This document shows, in pieces, positions 58,582 through 64,000 of a stretch of 64,000 nucleotides of DNA; position 1 is the stretch's first letter, and every line of letters begins with the position of its first letter. The notes beneath the pieces were generated by a model that was not told the DNA's origin, did no database searches, and saw nothing but the letters and a program-made list of their open reading frames with translations. This DNA is from Chloroflexota bacterium (lineage in GTDB: Bacteria; Chloroflexota; Limnocylindria; Limnocylindrales; CSP1-4): contig CANJLL010000001.1 in the NCBI GenBank assembly GCA_947475545.1, positions 755,734 to 819,733 on the forward strand, read 5' to 3'. The position numbers and the translations under genes are program-made.

Positions 58582-59756
58582 CCTGGACCCCCAGCGCGGG
58601 CGGCCGCATGGGCCACGAACCGGTCGAAGACGGCCAGCGCATCCAGCGGGCCCGGCGCGCCCTCCGGGTGGTACTGGACGGTCTCGATGGGCAGCTCGCG
58701 GTGGCGCAGGCCCTCCACCGACCGGTCGTTCAGGTTGATCTGGCTGACCATGAAGCCGCTGGCGGCGGGCAGCGAGTCCCCGACCACCTGGACCTCGTGG
58801 TTCTGCGCCGTGATCTGGACGATGCCCGTCTCCACGTCCTGGACGGGGTGGTTGGCGCCGTGGTGCCCAAAGCGCAGGCGGCGCGTGTCCGCCCCCGCCG
58901 CCCGGCCGATCACCTGGTGGCCCAGGCAGATCCCAAGGAGGGGCCGCTGGTCGGCGATCACCGCGCGGGCGAGCGATACCAGGCCTTCCAGCCGCGCCGG
59001 GTCCCCGGGGCCGGGCGAAAGGACCACGCCGTCGACGTCGGAGGAGAGCAGGTCTGCGGGGCTCGTGGTGTGGGGCAGCACCCGGACGCGGACGTTCCTG
59101 CGCCGGAGGCTGCGCACGATGTTGGCCTTGAGGCCCATGTCCACGATGGCCACCAGCGGGCCCCCTTCGGACGGGCTGCCGTACTCGACGGCCTCCGAGG
59201 GCGAGACCTGGCTGACAAAGTCCTGGTCTTCCCAGCGCCCGACGGCGCGGGCCATGGCGATGGCCTCCACCGGATCCGTGCCACCCGGCGCCATCAGGAT
59301 CCCGCGCAGGCAGCCGGTCTCACGCAGGTGACGGGCGAGGGCCCGGGTGTCGACCCCGGCGAGCGCGGGGATCCCCTGTCCGCGCAGGAGGGTGGCCAGC
59401 TGGCGCGCATCCTCGAGGACCGCCGCCGTGGCGTTGGCCACGATCAGCCCGCGCAGCCATGGCCGAAGGGACTGGTCGTCGGCCGGGAGGCGGCCGTAGT
59501 TGCCGATCAGGGGGTACGTCATGACCACGACCTGGCCGGCGTACGAGGGGTCCGTGCAGACCTCCTGGTAGCCGGTCTGGCTGGTGTTCACCACCAGGTC
59601 CCCGCCGGCGGCGAGCGGTGCCCCGAACGAGATCCCCGGGAAGACCGTCCCGTCCTCCAGCGCGAGCAGCGCCGGGCCGTGGTCCCCGATGCGCGGGTCC
59701 ACGACGGCGCTGGAGCGCGGCGGTGGCGGCAGGATCAAGCGCTGACTCCCGGGCAT
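58578..59756 (-). CDS. carA: Carbamoyl-phosphate synthase small (glutamine amidotransferase) subunit
   Basis: ALLALEDGTVFPG N-terminus and GICLGHQ catalytic Cys. 4-nt overlap with carB. Confidence 0.9.
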   Translation of the reverse strand: MPGSQRLILPPPPRSSAVVDPRIGDHGPALLALEDGTVFPGISFGAPLAAGGDLVVNTSQTGYQEVCTDPSYAGQVVVMTYPLIGNYGRLPADDQSLRPWLRGLIVANATAAVLEDARQLATLLRGQGIPALAGVDTRALARHLRETGCLRGILMAPGGTDPVEAIAMARAVGRWEDQDFVSQVSPSEAVEYGSPSEGGPLVAIVDMGLKANIVRSLRRRNVRVRVLPHTTSPADLLSSDVDGVVLSPGPGDPARLEGLVSLARAVIADQRPLLGICLGHQVIGRAAGADTRRLRFGHHGANHPVQDVETGIVQITAQNHEVQVVGDSLPAASGFMVSQINLNDRSVEGLRHRELPIETVQYHPEGAPGPLDALAVFDRFVAHAAARAGGPG

Positions 59757-59996
59757 GGGGTGCCGGCGACGGGTCCCCGGGAGCGCCGTCCCGGAATCGG
59801 AACGGAAACACCGGCCACGGGCTGCGATGGGCGGCGAGCGGCGCCGCGGATGTACCCGGACACGGTGGACAAGCCTCCTTCCCGGCCTCACGGGACCGGT
59901 ACGCCAGCCTCACGGGACCGGCAGCGAAAGGATGATCAAAGCGTAGCACGCTCGCACCGGGTGCTTCCGGGGCGATGGCGCCGCTAGACTAGCGTC

Positions 59997-60596
59997 ATGT
60001 CGAACGCATGGGACCGCACCGCCCCCACCCCGTCCCCCTATCCCCTGGCAGCGCCGGAGGCCGGGCCCGCCCCGCTCGCCGTGACGCACGTCCTCAAGCG
60101 GACGCGCCAGGTCCGGGACTTCCTCCCGACCGCCGTCCCGGAGTCCATCCTCACCGATATCCTGGACGTCGCCCGCTGGACGGGCAGCGGCGGCAACCGC
60201 CAGCCGTGGACCTTCATCATCGTCACGGAGCCGGCAACCCGGGCGCGCATGGCCGAGATTGCCACCTATACGCCGCACATCGGCATCGCCCCGGTCGTGA
60301 TCTGCATCGCCACGGTGCCGCACGGCAACCCGGACAACGAGAGCTACGACGAGGGTCGCCTCTCGGAGCGGATCATGATCGCGGCCACCGCCCACGGCCT
60401 GGCCAGCGCCATCGGCCGCGTGCGGCGGGAGCACCAGGCGGAGATCGGTGCGCTCCTCGGCGTCCCGGAGGACCAGGTCCTGCGCTCGATGGTCTCGATC
60501 GGGTACCCCACGGAGGCCGGACGGGCACCCAAGGCGGCCCCGGGCACGGCGCGCAAGCCGCTCGAGGAGCTGGTGCGCCGGGAGCGCTACGGGTGA
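59997..60596 (+). CDS. Nitroreductase-family protein
   Basis: RQVRDF and NRQPW motifs. ~199 aa. Confidence 0.8.
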   Translation: MSNAWDRTAPTPSPYPLAAPEAGPAPLAVTHVLKRTRQVRDFLPTAVPESILTDILDVARWTGSGGNRQPWTFIIVTEPATRARMAEIATYTPHIGIAPVVICIATVPHGNPDNESYDEGRLSERIMIAATAHGLASAIGRVRREHQAEIGALLGVPEDQVLRSMVSIGYPTEAGRAPKAAPGTARKPLEELVRRERYG

Positions 60597-61099
60597 GCCC
60601 CGCGTCCCCACTGGCCCCGGGCGTCGTGGCGGCGATCACCGCTGCCGTCGAGCGGATCATCCCGTCCGATGACGGACTCCCTGGCGCCCGCGAGGCGGGC
60701 ACCATCAACTTCGTCCTGGGCGAGCTGGGCGACGCCCCACCGCGCGTGGCGAGCATCATCCAGTTGGCGCTGACCCTGGACGCGGCCGCCGTGACCGCGG
60801 ACCCGCTCCGGCCCGGCTGTTCGTTCGCCGCGCTCAGCGGCGAACAGCAGGACACCATCCTGCTGACCCTGGAGACCGAGGGCAGCCCCGAGCTGAGCTG
60901 GCTGGTGGAGACCACGATGGAGGGCTTCTACGGCGACCCGCGCCATGGCGGCAACGCGAACGGCGTGGGCTGGGAGGCCATCGGCTTCCCCGGCCCCACG
61001 GGTGGCTCCGGCTATGAGCCGCCCTTCGGCTGGTACGACGCCAACGAACCCAATCTGCCGGGCCTGGGCCCGGACGGCACCACAGACCCCACCCGCTGA
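60593..61099 (+). CDS. Gluconate 2-dehydrogenase subunit 3-family protein
   Basis: GTG start overlapping the upstream stop (GTGA). This family usually partners with GMC/FAD dehydrogenases. Confidence 0.6.
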   Translation: MSPASPLAPGVVAAITAAVERIIPSDDGLPGAREAGTINFVLGELGDAPPRVASIIQLALTLDAAAVTADPLRPGCSFAALSGEQQDTILLTLETEGSPELSWLVETTMEGFYGDPRHGGNANGVGWEAIGFPGPTGGSGYEPPFGWYDANEPNLPGLGPDGTTDPTR

Positions 61100-61112
61100 G
61101 CGCCCAACCAAC

Positions 61113-62771
61113 ATGACCGCCGCGCCTCGCAGCCATCCCGGCGTGGACGTCGTCGTGGTGGGCTCTGGAGCAGGGGGGATGCCGGCGGCCGTGCGGCTCG
61201 CCGAGAAGGGCTTCCGCGTCGTGGTCCTGGAGCGCGGGCCGTGGATGAGCCGGCGCGACTTCATCGAGGACGAGATCCTGGCGCGGCGCGGCCTGCTGTG
61301 GCCCACCGTGGAGGAGGAGCCGCGGACCTGGCGGCCCACGGACGCGGTCCCCGCCGTGCGGCTGGCCACCTCCGTCCAGCTCTTCTCCAACGCGATGGTC
61401 GTGGGTGGGTCCACCGTCCACTACTCGGCCCTGGCCTGGCGCTTCCGCGAGTCGGACTTCCGGGTGCTCTCGGAGGAGGGCGCGGTCGCGGGCGCCAGCC
61501 TCGCCGACTGGCCCATCGACTACACCGAGATGGAGCCCTACTACGACCAGGCCGAACGCCTGATCGGCGTCTCGGGTTCGGCGGCCCTGAGTCCGTTCGA
61601 GCCTCCGCGCCAGCACGAGTATCCGCTCCCGCCCGTCCCGCGCAACAGCGCCGGGGCCATCCTGGAGCGCGGCGCCCGAGCCCTGGGGCTCCACCCGCAG
61701 CCGGTCCCGCTGGGGATCCTGTCCCGGGACTACGACGGCCGTTCGCGGTGCATGGCCAAGGGCTTCTGCTCGTCATACGGCTGCCCCAACGGGGCCCGGG
61801 CCAGCACCACCGAGACCTTCCTGCCCAAGGGCCTGGCGACCGGCCGGCTGGAGGTTCGGGCCAACTCGTTCGTCACCCGCGTGGTCCAGGACCCGGCGAC
61901 CGGGCGCGCCCGCGGCGTGGAGTACCTCGACGACAGCGGGGCGCTCCACCTCCAGGAGGGCGACATCGTGATCCTGGCAGCCGGCGGGGTGGAGACGCCC
62001 CGCCTGCTGCTCAACTCGGCGAGCGCCGCCGCGCCTGACGGCCTGGCCAACTCGTCGGGCCTGGTTGGCAGGAATTTCATGCTCCACTCGCCCGGCGCCA
62101 CGGTGTACGCCGTGTTCCCGGAGGCCGTGGATGGCCACAAGGGCACCGAGGCGACTCGCACGGAGATGGACGACTACGCCACAGACACCAGTCGCGGCTT
62201 CATCCGCGGCGGCTTCATCCACCCCCGGGCGCACGGCGGGGAGCCGGTGGAGCTGGCTGGCCGGCCGATGCACCCGGCGAAGTGGGGCCTCGCCCACAAG
62301 CGGTCGATGCGCGAGACGTGGCGGCATTACCTGTTCAGCCACGTCACCGGCGAGAGCCTGCCGGTCGAAGCCAACGGGGTGGACCTGGACCCCCAGGTGA
62401 AGGACCGATTCGGTCTCCCGGTCGCGCGGATCACCTACACGGCGCATGACAACGACGTGCGCCTCGCCACCTGGTTCGCGGGCCGGGCCGTCGAGATCCT
62501 GGAGGCGGCCGGCGCGTCCCGGGTCGTGAACAACGGCCCGGTGATCCGCAAGCTGCACAACCACCAGATGGGCGCCACCCGGATGGGCAACGACGCGTCC
62601 CGCTCGGTGGTGGACCGCTGGTGCCGGGCCCACGACGTCCCCAACCTGTACGTCACGGATTCGTCGGTGTTCGTCACGTCGGCGGGGCTCAACCCGTCGC
62701 TCACCATCCAGGCAAACGCCCTCCGTGTCGCGGACCGCATCGCGGCCACGCGCGGCGACCCGGCGTCCTAG
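61113..62771 (+). CDS. GMC-family (glucose-methanol-choline) FAD oxidoreductase
   Basis: VDVVVVGSGAGG FAD motif at the N-terminus, and a C-terminal region with the active-site His (NHQMGATRMG). Confidence 0.85.
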   Translation: MTAAPRSHPGVDVVVVGSGAGGMPAAVRLAEKGFRVVVLERGPWMSRRDFIEDEILARRGLLWPTVEEEPRTWRPTDAVPAVRLATSVQLFSNAMVVGGSTVHYSALAWRFRESDFRVLSEEGAVAGASLADWPIDYTEMEPYYDQAERLIGVSGSAALSPFEPPRQHEYPLPPVPRNSAGAILERGARALGLHPQPVPLGILSRDYDGRSRCMAKGFCSSYGCPNGARASTTETFLPKGLATGRLEVRANSFVTRVVQDPATGRARGVEYLDDSGALHLQEGDIVILAAGGVETPRLLLNSASAAAPDGLANSSGLVGRNFMLHSPGATVYAVFPEAVDGHKGTEATRTEMDDYATDTSRGFIRGGFIHPRAHGGEPVELAGRPMHPAKWGLAHKRSMRETWRHYLFSHVTGESLPVEANGVDLDPQVKDRFGLPVARITYTAHDNDVRLATWFAGRAVEILEAAGASRVVNNGPVIRKLHNHQMGATRMGNDASRSVVDRWCRAHDVPNLYVTDSSVFVTSAGLNPSLTIQANALRVADRIAATRGDPAS

Positions 62772-62778
62772 CCCGGCG

Positions 62779-63756
62779 TCAACGTCCGGCGGGTGGCTGT
62801 CCGATCGCCGTCCCGAAGAACGTGGACAGGCGCTGCTCATAGTCGCCAGGGTGGTCGAGGATCGACTTGATGTGCTCCGAGCCGTCGACGATCCACGGCT
62901 CGACCTTGCCGCCGCCCGCCCGATAGGCCACGGCCAGGTCGTTGGCGTACTGGGTGCTCAGCCGCGAGTCCGCCGTCCCGTGCACGATGTACAGGGGCCG
63001 ACCATGGAGCTTGGCCATCGCACCAAAGGGGCTGAGAGAAAGAAGGTCGTCACCGCTCTCGACCCGAGCCGCGAGGTACGCGGCGTACTCGAAGAAGGTC
63101 GGATACCCGTTGCGGGTCAGCTCGGCGCGAAGCGCCACGCGGAGGTCGGCGTAGCTGCTGTCCTCCCAGACTGCGGCGACTCTGGGTTCCTCGCCGGCAG
63201 CCATGATGACCGTTGCCGCGCCCAGTGAGAAGCCGAGCAGCCCGATGCGCGCGGGATCGACGCCCTTGGCCGTGACCAGCCAGTCCCAGGCGCCCAGGAC
63301 GTCTCGATACTCGTTGGTGCCGCCCGCGTGACGCCCGTTGACGATCGTCGAGTCGCCGTGATTCCGCAGGTCGATCAGCAGCACGGCGTACCCGAATCGA
63401 TGCGCCATCCCCGCCGCCACCAGCTCTTGCGGCTCTCGTACGCACACGTTGTGGCCATGCACGATCAGGATCGTTCCGGCATTGGGGGTCGCGGTGGCCG
63501 GTATGTACAAGCCGTGCAAGGAGATCGAGGGTTCGCGACTGGCGATCCTCACGGCCTCGTAGATCGGCATCCGGAAGGGTTGGGTGTCCAGGTCCTCGGA
63601 CGTGAAGTCCGAGGGGGTGTTGGCCGGCCAGCGTCCTCCGCAGTTGGCTTCGGTGAGGGAGACCTTGTCGTAGATCAGCGACCCGACAAACAGGTATCCC
63701 CCAACCAGGGTGACGGCCAGGAGCCCGAGGGCAAGACCAACGCGACGTCGTGACAT
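62779..63756 (-). CDS. Membrane-anchored alpha/beta hydrolase (prolyl oligopeptidase/DLH-like)
   Basis: N-terminal TM, then GFSLGAA nucleophile elbow and HGTAD. Confidence 0.75.
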   Translation of the reverse strand: MSRRRVGLALGLLAVTLVGGYLFVGSLIYDKVSLTEANCGGRWPANTPSDFTSEDLDTQPFRMPIYEAVRIASREPSISLHGLYIPATATPNAGTILIVHGHNVCVREPQELVAAGMAHRFGYAVLLIDLRNHGDSTIVNGRHAGGTNEYRDVLGAWDWLVTAKGVDPARIGLLGFSLGAATVIMAAGEEPRVAAVWEDSSYADLRVALRAELTRNGYPTFFEYAAYLAARVESGDDLLSLSPFGAMAKLHGRPLYIVHGTADSRLSTQYANDLAVAYRAGGGKVEPWIVDGSEHIKSILDHPGDYEQRLSTFFGTAIGQPPAGR

Positions 63757-63914
63757 TGAGATCCCCGGCGCCATGAGTGTAGGCACCGATATGACGCGCT
63801 GCCGCCGAGACCGTCACCCCGTCGTCGCTGCGAGCACCCACCCGACCGTCGAGACGCCTGCTGACCCGCTACGATGCGAGACATTGCCGCAGCGAGGGAT
63901 CGTTCGTGACCAAG

Positions 63915-64000
63915 ATGCGTTTCGCCGTGCGAGTACCCCACATCGGCCCGGCCGCCAGCGTCGACCGGCTGGTGGAGGTGACCCAGGAGGCGGAGGCGCT
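63915..64000 (+). CDS. LLM-class F420-dependent oxidoreductase, 5' fragment; continues beyond the window end
   Basis: MRFAVRVPHIGPAASVDRLVEV... is the typical N-terminus of actinobacterial F420-dependent LLM enzymes. Confidence 0.5.
   Translation, partial: MRFAVRVPHIGPAASVDRLVEVTQEAEA

Noticed and set aside
55036-59756. carA-carB considered as part of an accessory or novel system.
   Set aside because: This is the canonical carbamoyl-phosphate synthase pair with a typical 4-nt overlap. It is housekeeping pyrimidine/arginine metabolism.
1-64000. Looked for CRISPR arrays, tRNA/rRNA genes, transposases, integrases and phage genes.
   Set aside because: There are no regularly spaced direct repeats, no tRNA-like cloverleaf regions standing out in the intergenic regions, and no recombinase or transposase-like ORFs. 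Only the MazEF-like module hints at mobile DNA.

Overview
This is a high-GC (~70%), densely coding bacterial chromosome segment, likely actinobacterial or Chloroflexi-type. Both ATG and GTG/TTG starts are used, neighbouring genes often overlap by ATGA/GTGA, and an F420-type LLM oxidoreductase starts at the 3' edge. No rRNA, tRNA, CRISPR array, transposase or integrase was seen. Positions 1 to ~42.5 kb form an accessory catabolic region unusually rich in cofactor-dependent enzymes. It holds three UbiD-family (prFMN-dependent) decarboxylase paralogs plus the UbiX flavin prenyltransferase. It holds three xanthine-dehydrogenase-family molybdenum hydroxylase sets: one orphan large subunit, one LMS operon, and one SLM operon whose L gene is interrupted by an amber codon. 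It also holds a bis-MGD molybdoenzyme, a MoeA-like protein, CoxG, a hydantoinase A/B pair whose B subunit is fused to a Cys4 zinc ribbon, a dihydropyrimidinase-like cyclic amidase, several SDRs, an Fe-ADH, CynX-like MFS transporters, an IclR regulator, and a frameshifted MazEF-like toxin-antitoxin pair. Positions 42.5-64 kb look more ordinary: a TPR-rhomboid protease, an SRAP peptidase, an ECF sigma/anti-sigma pair, an M16 peptidase pair, a crotonase, CopC, CarAB, and a nitroreductase/GMC-oxidoreductase operon. Many long Arg/Pro/Gly-rich ORFs in the six-frame track are high-GC shadow ORFs and were ignored. The main candidate for a novel system is the linked UbiX/CoxG plus Mo-hydroxylase(LMS)-UbiD-cyclic-amidase operon (22.4-32.6 kb) together with the neighbouring Mo-enzyme operon. 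Together they look like an undescribed pathway for a heteroaromatic carboxylic acid.
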